The position numbers and the translations under genes are program-made. Of a DNA stretch of 64,000 nt, positions 20,974 to 32,219 are shown one piece after another (within the stretch, counting starts at the first letter, position 1; each line of letters starts with the position of its first letter). The DNA comes from an uncultured Gemmatimonadaceae bacterium (lineage in GTDB: Bacteria > Gemmatimonadota > Gemmatimonadetes > Gemmatimonadales > Gemmatimonadaceae), in contig CAWHHI010000003.1 in the NCBI GenBank assembly GCA_963829055.1, positions 64,001 through 128,000 of the forward strand. Direction: 5' to 3'. The notes beneath the pieces are model-generated. The model saw nothing but the letters and a program-made list of their open reading frames with translations. It was not told the DNA's origin and did not search any database.

Positions 20974-21816
20974 ATGGCTGTAACACATAGAGTTGTGAGA
21001 CACGTGGGGGTGGCGCTCGTGGCCCTGGCTTCCGTTGTCGCTGCGCCTCGGGCGCGAGCGCAGGATGTCGGGCAGACGATTGCCGCGAGCCTTCCCAGGC
21101 TTCAGCCGCGGAAGGTGGTCCCGTTCGATACCGGCGAGAAGCTGACGTTCGACGTCCGCTTCGGCGGCTTGAAGGTCGGCAGTGGCCGCATGGAAGTGGT
21201 TGGCATGCAGGACGTCCGCGGCCGCGAAGCCTGGCACACGCGATTCACCGTGAAGGGCGGAATTCCGTTCTATCGCGTGAACGATCGCATGGAGAGCTGG
21301 ATCGACACGCGCACGTTCGAGTCACTGCGGTTCGTTCAGGATCTCGAAGAGGGCCGGCGGGACAAGGAGCGGACGTTCGAGATTTACCCCGATCTCGCGA
21401 CCTATTCCGAGAACGGTGCGAAATCGACAGCGAGCGTCGAAGACCCCCTCGACGACGCGGCGTTCATGTATTTCGTGCGCACGATCTCGCTCGAGGTCGG
21501 GAAGACATACGACTTCAATCGCTACTTCCGGCCCGATCGAAACCCGGTCCAGATCCGCGTGTTGCGGAAGGACACGATCAACGTTCCGGCCGGCAGATTC
21601 CAGACGGTCGTGATTCAGCCGGTCATCAAGTCGAAAGGCATCTTCTCCGAGAAGGGCCATGCAGAGATGTGGCTCACGGATGATCCGCGCCGTCTGCTCG
21701 TGCAGATGAAGACCGACCTGTCGATCGGTTCACTCAGTCTCTACCTGCGCGGCTACGTTCCCGGAAACGTGGCGATGGCCACGGGTGATGACGGCCAGGC
21801 AGCGAAATTGCCCTGA
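20974..21816 (+). CDS. DUF3108-domain secreted protein
   Basis: Signal peptide; PFDTGEKLTFDVRFG, VPAGRFQT and MWLTDDPRRLLVQMK. Confidence 0.85.
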   Translation: MAVTHRVVRHVGVALVALASVVAAPRARAQDVGQTIAASLPRLQPRKVVPFDTGEKLTFDVRFGGLKVGSGRMEVVGMQDVRGREAWHTRFTVKGGIPFYRVNDRMESWIDTRTFESLRFVQDLEEGRRDKERTFEIYPDLATYSENGAKSTASVEDPLDDAAFMYFVRTISLEVGKTYDFNRYFRPDRNPVQIRVLRKDTINVPAGRFQTVVIQPVIKSKGIFSEKGHAEMWLTDDPRRLLVQMKTDLSIGSLSLYLRGYVPGNVAMATGDDGQAAKLP

Positions 21817-21854
21817 GCGATCCGACACGTCCGTCCAATCCTGCATAACGAATC

Positions 21855-21879
21855 GAGGCCGCCTGACTCAGGCGGCCTC
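21855..21879 (+). terminator. Hairpin/terminator
   Basis: GAGGCCGCCTG-ACT-CAGGCGGCCTC followed by a T-containing tract. Confidence 0.7.
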
Positions 21880-22001
21880 TCCGTTTTCGCGCACGAACCG
21901 ACCACATCGTCAACGAGATCGCCGTATGCTCGGTGCGCTTGTGAGCGCCCCAGCCGATGCCCATACTGGGGGCTTCCGACTGTCACCCAGTGAGTCATCC
22001 A

Positions 22002-22655
22002 ATGCGCGTCACGCCTCTCGAGCCGTCAGCCCCGTCATCACCCGCGCACAGCCCGAGGCGCGCGTTCGTCGCCCGACTCGCTGGCGTGATCGCGACGTGG
22101 CCGTTCGTTGGCAGCCGACTCGGCGCCATCGTGGCGAGCCGATTCGGCATCATGCCGGCCAGCGAGCGCGAGCCTAACGCCAGCCTGCTCGACGCGCTAG
22201 GCGACGCGGTATTGCCCGCGGAGCTCGGACCGTCGGGGATGACTCGCGCAGTCGGCGCGTTTCAGCAGTGGATGGACGAGTATCGGCCCGGAGCGGAGGC
22301 CAACCACGGGTACGGCACTGGCCGTATAGAGAGCGTGCCGGCCGACCCGCGGCCGCACTGGCGAGATCAGCTCGCCGCGCTCGACTCCGCCGCTCGGCGC
22401 GAGGGCGCTTCGTTCGCTCGCCTCTCCCGCGAGCGCCGTCAGGCACTGGTGCGTACGGCGCTCGCGGGAGAGCGCGGCGAGTCGCTGCCGTCGCCGCTCG
22501 CGGCGCGTCACGTCGCGGTCGCGCTGCTCGCACACTTCTACGACTCGCCCGCGGCCACAGATCTCTGTTACGAAGCGGAGATCGGCCGGCAGCAGTGCCG
22601 TCCACTGGCCGCGCAGACCCAGAAACCGGTGGCGCTCGCGCGGAGGGGCCGATGA
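22002..22655 (+). CDS. Gluconate-2-dehydrogenase subunit-3-like small subunit (Tat-type signal)
   Basis: RRAFV twin-arginine motif; FARLSRERRQAL and FYDSPAATDLCY; ATGA overlap with the GMC gene. Confidence 0.7.
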   Translation: MRVTPLEPSAPSSPAHSPRRAFVARLAGVIATWPFVGSRLGAIVASRFGIMPASEREPNASLLDALGDAVLPAELGPSGMTRAVGAFQQWMDEYRPGAEANHGYGTGRIESVPADPRPHWRDQLAALDSAARREGASFARLSRERRQALVRTALAGERGESLPSPLAARHVAVALLAHFYDSPAATDLCYEAEIGRQQCRPLAAQTQKPVALARRGR

Positions 22656-24286
22656 CGCTCGTTAGGCTCCAGGGCCGACCAGAGGTGATCGAGAGCGACA
22701 TCTGCATCATCGGCTCGGGGATCACCGCGGCGATGGTCGCGGAGAAGCTGGCGGAGGAGCGGCAGGCGCGGATCGTCGTCGTGGAGGCGGGCGATGACAC
22801 CGTGCCACTCCCCGAGCGTGCGGCGAACCGGGCGAGGTTTGTCGCCTACGGCGAGAACCCGTGGGGACGCGACCACATCGACGGCATGACCGCCGAAGGG
22901 ATTCAGTCGCGGTCGATGCAGGTCGGTGGGCTGGCCATGCACTGGGGCGGTGTCACGCCGCGGTTCTCGCCGGAGGACTTCCGCGTGAAGTCGCTGTACG
23001 GCGTCGGCCACGACTGGCCGGTGAGCTACGACGAGTTCGAGCCGTTCTATCAGGAAGCCGAGCAGCGGATCGGTGTGGCGGGCGAGCAGGGGCCGACGGA
23101 GTTGGATCCGCGGTCCAAGCCGTTTCCGATGCCGGCACTGCCGCTGACGTACAACCTCGAGAAGCTCAAGGGCTGGACGGACGCTGCCGGCATCGCGATG
23201 TGGAGTCAGCCGTCGGCGAAGAACTCGGTTGCGTACCGCGGTCGGGCGGTCTGCTGCCGGAACGATACCTGTTCGCCGGTGTGTCCGGTCGGCGCCAAGT
23301 ATTCGCCGGACTTCACGTGGAGCGCGCTCAAGGCGTCGAAGCGCGTCGAGCTCGTGACACGGACGCTCGTTAGGCGACTGGTCGTCGAACCCGGGTCGAA
23401 CCGGGTCGTGCGTGCGGAGGCGGTGCGTCGTGATCGTGGCGGTGCTGCCGGTGCGCCGGTGGAATTCAGGGCGAAGACGTTCGTCGTCGCCGCCGGGTAC
23501 GCGTGGAGCCCGCATCTGCTGTTGCTGTCACGAAGCGCGCGCTTCCCGAACGGGCTCGCCAATCGGTCGGGCACGGTCGGGAAGTACATGACCGGACATC
23601 GGAACGTGTCCGCGTTCGTGAAGCTTCCCATGCGCCTGTATCCGGGAATGAACGAGCAGCACAGTCTCGTCACGAAGCAGTTCATGCGGCCCGGAAAGCT
23701 CGATCGGTACATGCGTCACGATCTGCGGGTGTGGGAGTCGAGCGTTGGTCGGCGTCCGCGTCTCAAGGGCGATGACGGTGGCGTGCTGCTCGGCGATGAC
23801 CTACTCGGCGATTGGCGGCGGCGCAGTATCGAGGGCACGGCGCGTGTGCGGGCCTACTACGACGTGATTCCCGATCGCGAGAGCGCGCTCACGCTCAATG
23901 AAGCTGCGTCGAACCAGTACGGCGATCCGCAGCCGAAGCTGACGTTCCGTGACAGCGCCGAGTCGGCGGCGGTGCGCGGGCATACGGAGGATTCGATCAA
24001 GGCCCTGTTCCAGCGGATGGCGCGTGCTGGTAACGGCGAGATCATCCGAACGGCGGTCGACGACTTTCAGGATCATCCGGCCGGCGGGTGTCGCATGGGT
24101 GATGATCCCGCGACGAGCGTGGTGGATAGCCACGGGCGCGCGCACGATCACGAGAACCTGTTCGTGGTTGGCGCGCCGACGAGCGTGAGCGGTGGCTGTG
24201 CGAACGCGACGTTGACGTTTCTGGCGGTCGCGCTGCGTCAGGCGACGGCGATCGGGCAGGCGTTTCCGGCGCGGCGGTCGACATGA
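22652..24286 (+). CDS. GMC-family FAD oxidoreductase
   Basis: DICIIGSGITA FAD-binding motif, Cys cluster CCRNDTCSPVCP, and HPAGGCRMGDDPATSVVD. Confidence 0.93.
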   Translation: MTLVRLQGRPEVIESDICIIGSGITAAMVAEKLAEERQARIVVVEAGDDTVPLPERAANRARFVAYGENPWGRDHIDGMTAEGIQSRSMQVGGLAMHWGGVTPRFSPEDFRVKSLYGVGHDWPVSYDEFEPFYQEAEQRIGVAGEQGPTELDPRSKPFPMPALPLTYNLEKLKGWTDAAGIAMWSQPSAKNSVAYRGRAVCCRNDTCSPVCPVGAKYSPDFTWSALKASKRVELVTRTLVRRLVVEPGSNRVVRAEAVRRDRGGAAGAPVEFRAKTFVVAAGYAWSPHLLLLSRSARFPNGLANRSGTVGKYMTGHRNVSAFVKLPMRLYPGMNEQHSLVTKQFMRPGKLDRYMRHDLRVWESSVGRRPRLKGDDGGVLLGDDLLGDWRRRSIEGTARVRAYYDVIPDRESALTLNEAASNQYGDPQPKLTFRDSAESAAVRGHTEDSIKALFQRMARAGNGEIIRTAVDDFQDHPAGGCRMGDDPATSVVDSHGRAHDHENLFVVGAPTSVSGGCANATLTFLAVALRQATAIGQAFPARRST

Positions 24287-24331
24287 TCGGGAATCGGGAA
24301 TGGGGAATCGGGAATCGGCGGCGGCGGCAAC

Positions 24332-26341
24332 ATGTCCCTTGGCGCGGGCACGGTCGCGATCTGGCACTTCGGCGCTGGTAACGGGCTGCGCACCATCGTC
24401 CGGCAGCCAGGCGGCGCCTCAGGACAGCCTCGACGGCTCCGTCTCCGCGAACGGCCTCGGCCGGAGCCGACCGGAAGCCTAACGAGTGGCCGGTGTACGG
24501 CGGAGATGCCGGCGGGCTCAAATACTCGCCGCTCACGACGATCGACCGGTCGAACGTCGCTCGACTCGCCGTCGCGTGGACGTGGAAGACCGGCGAGCAG
24601 GCAATTCCCGCGAGCGGCACGACGCTCGCTGCGCGCCCGGGACAGTTCCAGGTAACGCCGCTCGCGATCGGCGATACGCTCTATCTCAGCACGCCGTTCA
24701 ATCGCGTCGTCGCGCTCGACGCGGCGACAGGGCGCGAGTACTGGTCGTACGATCCAAAAGCGTATGAGGCCGGTCAGCCGTCGAACGGTACCGGCTTCGT
24801 TCACCGTGGCGTCGCGACGTGGACCGATGGTAAGGAGCGGCGGATTCTCATCGCGAGCCGCTGGCGATTGATCGCGCTCGACGCGGCGACCGGCAAACCG
24901 ATTCCGACGTTCGGCACGAATGGCGAGGTCGATCTCACGGCGAACATCCTGTGGAGCGTCGAGCGAAAGCACTACACGAACACGTCGCCGCCGGTCGTCT
25001 ACGGCGACCTCGTGATCGTCGGCAACGGAGTCGGCGACCGGCTCGTGTACAAGCGCGATCCCCCAGGCGACATCCAGGCGTTCGACGTTCGCACGGGCCG
25101 TCGGGTGTGGCGTTTCAATCCCATTCCGCAACCGGGCGAGTACGGCAACGAGACGTGGGAGGACAGCTCGTGGTCGCGCATGGGACACACGAACGTATGG
25201 GCGCCGTTCACCGTCGACGTTAGGCGGGGGCTCGTGTACCTCCCGTTCGGTACGCCGAGCAACGACTGGTACGGCGGTGAGCGACACGGGCGACAATCTG
25301 TTCGCCGAGTCGATCGTGTGTCTCGATGCGAAGACGGGGCGGCGCGTGTGGCACTATCAGATCACGCACCACGGCCTGTGGGACTACGACCTGCCGTCGC
25401 CGCCGGTGCTGGCGACGATCCACAAGGATGGCCGCGCGATCGACATCGTCGCGGTCGTCACCAAGCAGGGATGGGTGTTCGTGTTCGATCGCGTGACGGG
25501 ACAGCCCATCTGGCCGATCCAGGAGCGCGCTGTGCCGGCGAGCAGTGTTCCGGGTGAACGCGCGGCGGCGACGCAGCCCTTTCCGACGAAGCCGCCGCCG
25601 TTCGCGAAGCAGGGATTCACGGAGGACGATGTCATCGACTTCACGCCCGAGGTGAAGCGGCTCGCGCTGGCGGAGATCCGTCAGTATCGCACGGGGCCCT
25701 TGTACACGCCGCCGTCGCTCGAGGGGACGATCGTGATGCCGGGCGCGATCGGGGGTGGCGGATGGGGCGGCGGCGCGTTCGATCCCGCGACGGGCATGTT
25801 GTACGTGAAGGCGACGAACAATCCGGCGCTGTTCAAGCTGTTCCCGGTGGAGAGCCCGTCGGACACCGTGCAGGCACGGTACATGGTGGAGCTGGGTCGC
25901 GCGTTAGGCGCGCGAGCGCCCGCGACGGAGACGAGCGAGCGGACGGCGGAGCTTCCGGTGCACAAGCCGCCCTACGGCACGCTGACGGCCATCGATCTCA
26001 ACCGCGGCGAGCAGCTCTGGCAAGTCCCACTCGGCGACGAGCCGTCGATCCGGAATCATCCGTTGCTCCGGGGCGTGACGCTTCCGCCGTTGTTAGGCGT
26101 GCGCGGTGCGCCGGGACCGATCGTGACGGCGAGTGGGCTTCTGTTCGTGACTGGAGGCGGTCAGGTGCTGTACGCGATCGACTCGCGTGACGGTCGGACG
26201 CTCTGGCAGCACGACTTCGGCCGCGTGGCGTATTCCGTGCCCATGACGTACGCGACGCGGGATGGTCGGCAGTTCGTGGTGGTCGCGACAGGATCTGGGG
26301 CGAATGCGGAGCTGGTGGCGTTCTCCGTTGCTGCTCGCTGA
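24332..26341 (+). CDS. PQQ-dependent (glucose/quinate-type) dehydrogenase, frameshifted; start uncertain
   Basis: YGGDAGGLKYSPLTTIDRSNV, NTSPPVV, HYQITHHGLWDYDLPSPP and PPYGTLTAIDL. ORFs 24493..25557 and 25277..26341. Confidence 0.88.
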
Positions 26342-26452
26342 CTGCGCTGCCTGGAGGAAGCAGGACAGGATTGGCGGGAGGCCTCGAGCAACCTATCGCT
26401 GAGACAGACCGACAGGAGTGAAAAACGAACTGCGGGAACTACGGGAGCCGCG

Positions 26453-26589
26453 GGAACGGCATGACAGGATTGCCAGGATTGGCAGGATTAACAGGATGAC
26501 ATCAGGGGGTGCGGCCACTCGCCGAGGCATAAAGCCGACGCCCTCTATGGTGTCAATCCTGCAAATCCTGCAATCCTGTCCTGCCGTTC
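26453..26589. repeat. Inverted array of ~9-nt CAGGATT units
   Basis: GACAGGATTGCCAGGATTGGCAGGATTAACAGGATG faces CAATCCTGCAAATCCTGCAATCCTGTC. Confidence 0.8.
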
Positions 26590-26696
26590 GTCGTTGTTGT
26601 TTGTTCTCAGCTGCGGCGGACGGTCGCTCGCGTTAGGTGACACGAAACGCGCGGGGATCAGGTGCGCTGATCCGCTCGTTCGTTCAGGCGGTCATG

Positions 26697-28017
26697 TCAC
26701 TCAGGCTTGAATGCGACCGTCTTGTCCAGGCCGTCGCCGCCGCGGTGCTGCGCGTGGACGAACAACGCGTTGCTGTTCAGGTCGAAGTAGATGCCCGTCG
26801 GCTCCGCGCTGCAGTCCGTGAGTGATGCGAATCGCACGACGCTCGCCGCTGGCTGGTGCGGCTGGCCGGTTGGTGGGGTTGCGACCCAGAATGTCGTCAC
26901 CACGCTTCGTCGATGACGCGGTGCCGGGATCCTCGGTGATGTACAGGTTGCCGGAACGATCGAGCGCGAGATTGTCCGGCATCTCGAAGTCGCCCTGCAC
27001 TGCGTTCACGCCCCACTTCACGTAGTCGTACACGAACGCGGTGGCGTGCGCGCTGCCGCCCTTCGGCTCGCGCAGATCGATGGCGATGACGCGATTGTCG
27101 GCCGGGTTCGACGGACCGGTCAGTGCGACGTAGAGGACGTTCGCTCCACCGCGGTTATTGCCGGTGGAGGTTGCGAGCTCCACATCCTCGGGCCGGTTGT
27201 AACCCGTCGCGCCAGCAGCCAGCGCGGCCGCGTTCGCGTCAACCTGCACCGCCGTCCGATCGAGCGGGATCCATTCGGCGTCGCCTACGCGATCGCCCGT
27301 CGGGTTCGTGATCTCGAGCGCGTACAGCTGGCCGCTCGAGAGATCGCCGCGCGAGTCCGGAACGAAGCGGAAGATGAATCCGGGGTTCGTCTCGCTGATG
27401 CCGTAGACGTTGCCCTGGGGATCGATGCGCATGCCTTCGTGTGACTTGATACCGAGTGCCGGGCGCGCGTTGAGCTCGCTGGTGGACGGGTTCAACTCCC
27501 ACACCTTGCCGGCGGCGCGCTCTTCCGCGATGAGCAGCGTTCCCCATGGCGTCCAGGCGATGCCGTCGAGCGAGCCCCAGTCATTGCGTTGCACGAGCAT
27601 CTTCGTCGTCCCGGTCACGAGGTCCGTCACGCTGACACCGGTGTTCGTGTTGAGGCCGAGCTCGTGTGTCTGGTAGATGAAGCGGCCCGCTTCAGGTCCC
27701 GTTTCGTTCTGCGTGATCATGTCGGGATTGCCCATGTAGTCGGGCTCCGACGCGATGTTCGCCTGCGTGAAGCCGGCGGGAATCGTGAACAGCGCGTTCA
27801 CGTTTCCGCCGGTGGTGCACGCGGCGGACGATGCGAGTGGCGAGAACTGGAACGCGCCGGTGGTGGCGGAGCCGGCCTTGGCGAACGTAGCAGTGCGCGC
27901 GGCGATCGGCGCCGTGGCCGCGTCGTCGGCACAACCGGCGAGTGTCATCACGGCGAGCGCCGACAGCGCGAGCGCGGTGGACTGCATTTTCGTGGAGATC
28001 GGGAACATCGGGAACAT
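26697..28017 (-). CDS. PhoX/DUF839-like lipoprotein (alkaline-phosphatase-like beta-propeller), frameshifted near the C-terminus
   Basis: Lipobox LAGC; WGTLLIAEE, SHEG, RPEDVE, MPDNL and AEPTGIYF...HAQH. Confidence 0.8.
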
Positions 28018-28332
28018 GAAGTCTCCGGGCGGGGTGGTCGATCCGAGACCGGTATCGGCATCGCGCTACCGGCTCGCGTGAGCGGGGAACATCCACTCGT
28101 TAGGCCACGGTTCTGGCAGCGTTGCGTCGCGACTGTGTCAAGAACCGGTTTCGAACGTGACCGTGCGTGACCGCGGCAGTGGTTGGACATCACGCCCGTC
28201 TGGCGCCGGGACTCCTTCCACGCCCTTCACCGTGCCAGCGAGGTCCTTGGCCGCTCGCGCGCACGTGACGGCACGGGCATTGATGCCAATGGCCTTTCGT
28301 CGCACGCCTCAGCTTCTCCAGCTCCCCGTCGT

Positions 28333-29466
28333 ATGGACTCCCCAACCCGCCAACCTCCCGCATCGCTCGGCGCCACTACGGCTTACGCCGCGATAACAGC
28401 AGCCGGGGGCGCCGTACCCGCGGGACGCGCATCGGTTCGGGTCCTCATCGCCTCGGTCATCGCGATGGTCATCGTCGCCGCTGGCGTAGCGATAGATCTG
28501 TCGTCGCGGCCCGCGCTCGCCGCCTCGCCGCTGCGCACGACCGCACGCGCGTCACGGCACGTGTCGGTCGACACGCTGCCGCGCACCTGGATCGAGATGA
28601 AGAACGTCGACCTCCGCATCGCGACCGACGCTGTCGTCGGAATTCGTCAGCTCCGCGGCGAGGTCATTCCCGCGGAACGCGGCAGCAGCGCGATCCTCGA
28701 CAGCACCAGCTCGTTCGCGATACGCATCACGTCAGGCACGGTGGCGATCCAGAGCGCGGACCTGAGCGTGATTCTCAACAAGTTCGTGTTCGGCTACAAA
28801 GGCTCGCCGCTCAAGCATCTGCACGTTCGCATGGCCGGCGCGCAGATGGTGCAGTCGGGGGTCATGCACAAAGGAGTCGACATCAAGTTCGAGATCACGT
28901 CGTCGCTCTCGCTCACGGACAGTGGCTTCATTCGCCTGCACCCGACGAAGGTGCGTGTGTTAGGCGTGAACGGGGAGTCGCTGCTGCACGCGCTGGGAAT
29001 GAAGCTGGATGACCTGCTCGATCTGAGCGGGTCGAAAGCGGCCCGGGTGAAGGGCGACGAGATCTTCCTGGACCCGACGAAGATCCTGCCACCGCCGGCA
29101 ATCGATGGACGCCTAACGTCTGTCCGCGTCGAGGGAGACGCTCTGGTGCAGGAGTTCGCGCGGCTGCCTGACGATTCGTTGTTCACAGGCTATGCGCGCC
29201 CCGACTCGACGGCGCCGAACTACCTGTTCTTCCGTGGGGGCCGCCTGCGATTCGGACGCCTCGAGATGCGTGACACGCAGCTGCAGATCCTCGATCTCGA
29301 CCCGTCCGACCCGTTCGACCTCTATCTGGCCGAGTACAACAAGCAGCTGGTGGCGGGCTATTCGCGAAATCGGCCGAATCTCTCACTGCAGGCGTTCTTT
29401 CCCGATTTCCCGGATATCGGTCGTGGGGTAACGCCACCCATCGCGAGACTGCCTAACGTGCCGTGA
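28333..29466 (+). CDS. Hypothetical membrane-anchored, beta-rich protein
   Basis: Long ORF with one hydrophobic segment (VLIASVIAMVIVAAGVAI) and typical codon usage; start uncertain. Confidence 0.75.
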   Translation: MDSPTRQPPASLGATTAYAAITAAGGAVPAGRASVRVLIASVIAMVIVAAGVAIDLSSRPALAASPLRTTARASRHVSVDTLPRTWIEMKNVDLRIATDAVVGIRQLRGEVIPAERGSSAILDSTSSFAIRITSGTVAIQSADLSVILNKFVFGYKGSPLKHLHVRMAGAQMVQSGVMHKGVDIKFEITSSLSLTDSGFIRLHPTKVRVLGVNGESLLHALGMKLDDLLDLSGSKAARVKGDEIFLDPTKILPPPAIDGRLTSVRVEGDALVQEFARLPDDSLFTGYARPDSTAPNYLFFRGGRLRFGRLEMRDTQLQILDLDPSDPFDLYLAEYNKQLVAGYSRNRPNLSLQAFFPDFPDIGRGVTPPIARLPNVP

Positions 29467-29826
29467 TCGATCGCGGTCATAACCTCCAGACGGACTGCTT
29501 CGACACGCCATCCAGAACGACGGTGTTTCCAGAAAAAGCCGGAAACAACTGAAACGGCCCGATCCGATCGCGACCGGGACAGATCGTGGCGCGGGGCCCG
29601 TTTGAAAGGGGACGGCCTAGGACACTGCGTCCCAGGCCGTCCCCTTCCATCACGGCTCGTGGAGTGCCGGCACGGACCGCGATCGGTTTCCGGCCGTTTC
29701 CGTTCACACCCTCGGTTCTGGATGCCTCCCAACAGCATCTCAGACGAAGGGTGAGCGGATGCTGCGGATCCAGCGGATTGGTTCCGTTGCGGCCGTGTCA
29801 TCCCGAGCGACGGCTCGGCCACCACA

Positions 29827-32081
29827 TCACTTCCGCGCCCCCAACTCGGCAGCACCGAGGCTCACCACGTCATCCGCCGCAGTGACCAGCGTTTCCAGCT
29901 GACGACTCAACCGCTTCAGGCGCGCGCGGACGACTGGATCCAATGTCGCAGTCGCCGTGTCCAAATCATGATCGGTCGCCATCGGCGACCCGCGCACGAC
30001 GTCGGCACCGCCGGCGACGGCGGTGAGCCGCGCGGCCGCCTCGTCGAGCCGCGTGGTCGTGCGCTCCGAGAATCGCTCGAGCACGTGCGCAGTCGAGGGG
30101 TCCACCGCATGACGACTCACCGCGAGCGCCGCCGTCGACACGGTGAAACGGCGCACGTACGTGAGGAACGTCATCACCGGCGCAAGCGCCCCGACGGAAC
30201 CACCGTGCTCCCCCAACAGCCGCTGGAACGATTCCTCGGCGTTGATGGCCGCCAACGCCGCCTGACGCCGACGCTCGCGCATGAGGTGGCCGGCCGCATC
30301 ACTCCGATCGGCGAAGATGCTGACGACCGTACGGAGGTAGTCGCGATTCGCCCGCAACGCGGCCGCCATGTACGACGGCAGCCGCGCCCATTCCGGAGCG
30401 GGCCACAGTAACCGCGCGCCTAACAACGCGAGCACGCCGCCGAGCAGCGTGTTGGTCACACGAACGCCCGCCAGGTGCCAGTCTCCCGCGCTCGCCTCCG
30501 CGAGCAGAACGAACGTCGGTGTGAGGAACGCCGAGAACGCGGTGTAGCTGATCGGGAGTACGGCGACGCTCACGGCCGCGAAGATGAACGACAACACGAG
30601 AATCGCGCGCACGTCGTGGAACAGCGCACCGAGTGCGGCCGTGAGAATGCCTCCGACGATCGTGCCGAGCACGCGCTGCATCGCCTTGACCGTCGTGACA
30701 CCGGTGTACGGCTGCAGGATGATGACCGCCGTGATGGTGACCCAGTAGCCGCGCGAGAGGTGAAGCGCGCCGGTCAGCCAGACCGCTCCGGCGGTCACGA
30801 TAGCCACACGTAGCGCATGACGCAGCACGAGCGAGTCGCGATCGAGCACGGAGCGCAGCGGCGCCATCAGCGCGACGGGCTCTACGAGCTCCTCGGCCTC
30901 GGGGATGACGACCGGCCACTCGGCGGTCGTGCCGTCGAGCGCCGCGACGTTCGCGGCAGCGACGCTGGCGAACTGCGCGATCCGATCGAGCAGCGCGGCG
31001 GCGTGCGCATACTGCGCCGTCACGTAGTTCGCTTCGCCGGTCCGGTCCAGACTTCCGCCGGTGTTCGCGGGCAGTGGCGTTAGGCTGGCCAGTAGGGGCG
31101 CCCCCGAAAACTGCACGGTCGAGGTGCCGGTCTGACGCTCCTCCTCCACACGGTCGGCCAGGCTCGCGGAGCACCCGGACCACATCACGGAGCGCGGTGA
31201 CGATGATGACACGGCGGTCGCGATCGCGTGCCGAGGGTGGGATCGCCTCGATGGATTCCACGAGCGCGATCAGGTTGCCGAACATCTGGTCGGCCGTCTC
31301 GCGCAGCACGATCAGGCGTTCGCCGCGCCCGCTTTCGCCCGATCGACCGCGTCGAATCGTGGCGAGCGTCGCGCGCGCGTGCTCCAGCGCCGCGCGAACG
31401 GTGAGGCTGCCGGCGGGCAGGTCATCATCGCCCAGGTGTTCGGACGCGAGCGCGTCGATGACGTGCGCCACGTGGTCGCGCAAGTTTCCGGAACGCGTCC
31501 GCGACGGCGAGCCGAGCCGGCCGATATGGGCGAATCGGCCAGAGGACGAGTGCGATCAGTGCGGCCCACACACCTCCAATGATCGTGTAACCGGAGCGAC
31601 CGAGCGCTTCGGCGAACGTCGCCGCCGGATAGGCGAGCGAGATGACGAACATGTTCAGCACGGACCCACCGACGATCGCGCCGTTGTTCCCCCATGCGCG
31701 CCCGAGCGAACAGACGAGCGCGACCGCAAATGTCAGCACGACCGCGGTCGTGAGGGTGTGCAATGCGCCCCCACCGACGAACACGGCAATGGCACCGAAC
31801 GCCGTGAGCGACGCGATGGTGACGGCGCGCGAATCGTAGGCGCCGCCTTTGTCGGCTAGCGCGCCACTGAATCCGGCGAGGCTCATCCACGTGCCACCGC
31901 TGAGGTGGAACACCTGCGCGACCAGGAGCGGTACGACGGTAGCGAGCGCGGCGCGAAATCCCGCCGCGTACGCTGGACGTGCCTTCGCCACAGCCGTCGC
32001 GGCGCGGACGTTCCGCGCCGCGAGGTCGAGCGGCCGAGCGAGTCGTCCGGTCAGGTCCGCGGTGTTCTTGCTGTCCGGCAT
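29827..32081 (-). CDS. FUSC (YccS/YhfK-like) membrane protein, frameshifted
   Basis: RHALRVAIV...RGYWVTITAVIILQP...QRVLGTIVG, plus N-terminal transmembrane segments in ORF 31425..32081. Confidence 0.88.
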
Positions 32082-32219
32082 TGAGGCAAGATGGTGGATC
32101 AGGAGTGATCCACCAAACCGGTTGGCGCGCGCGTGTTTCCTCGTGGTAGCTTCATCGAATGTCCGACGTCCCGCGTGACGTCCCCGCCTGACGTCCTTTC
32201 ACCTGCGTCTTTCTTTCCC

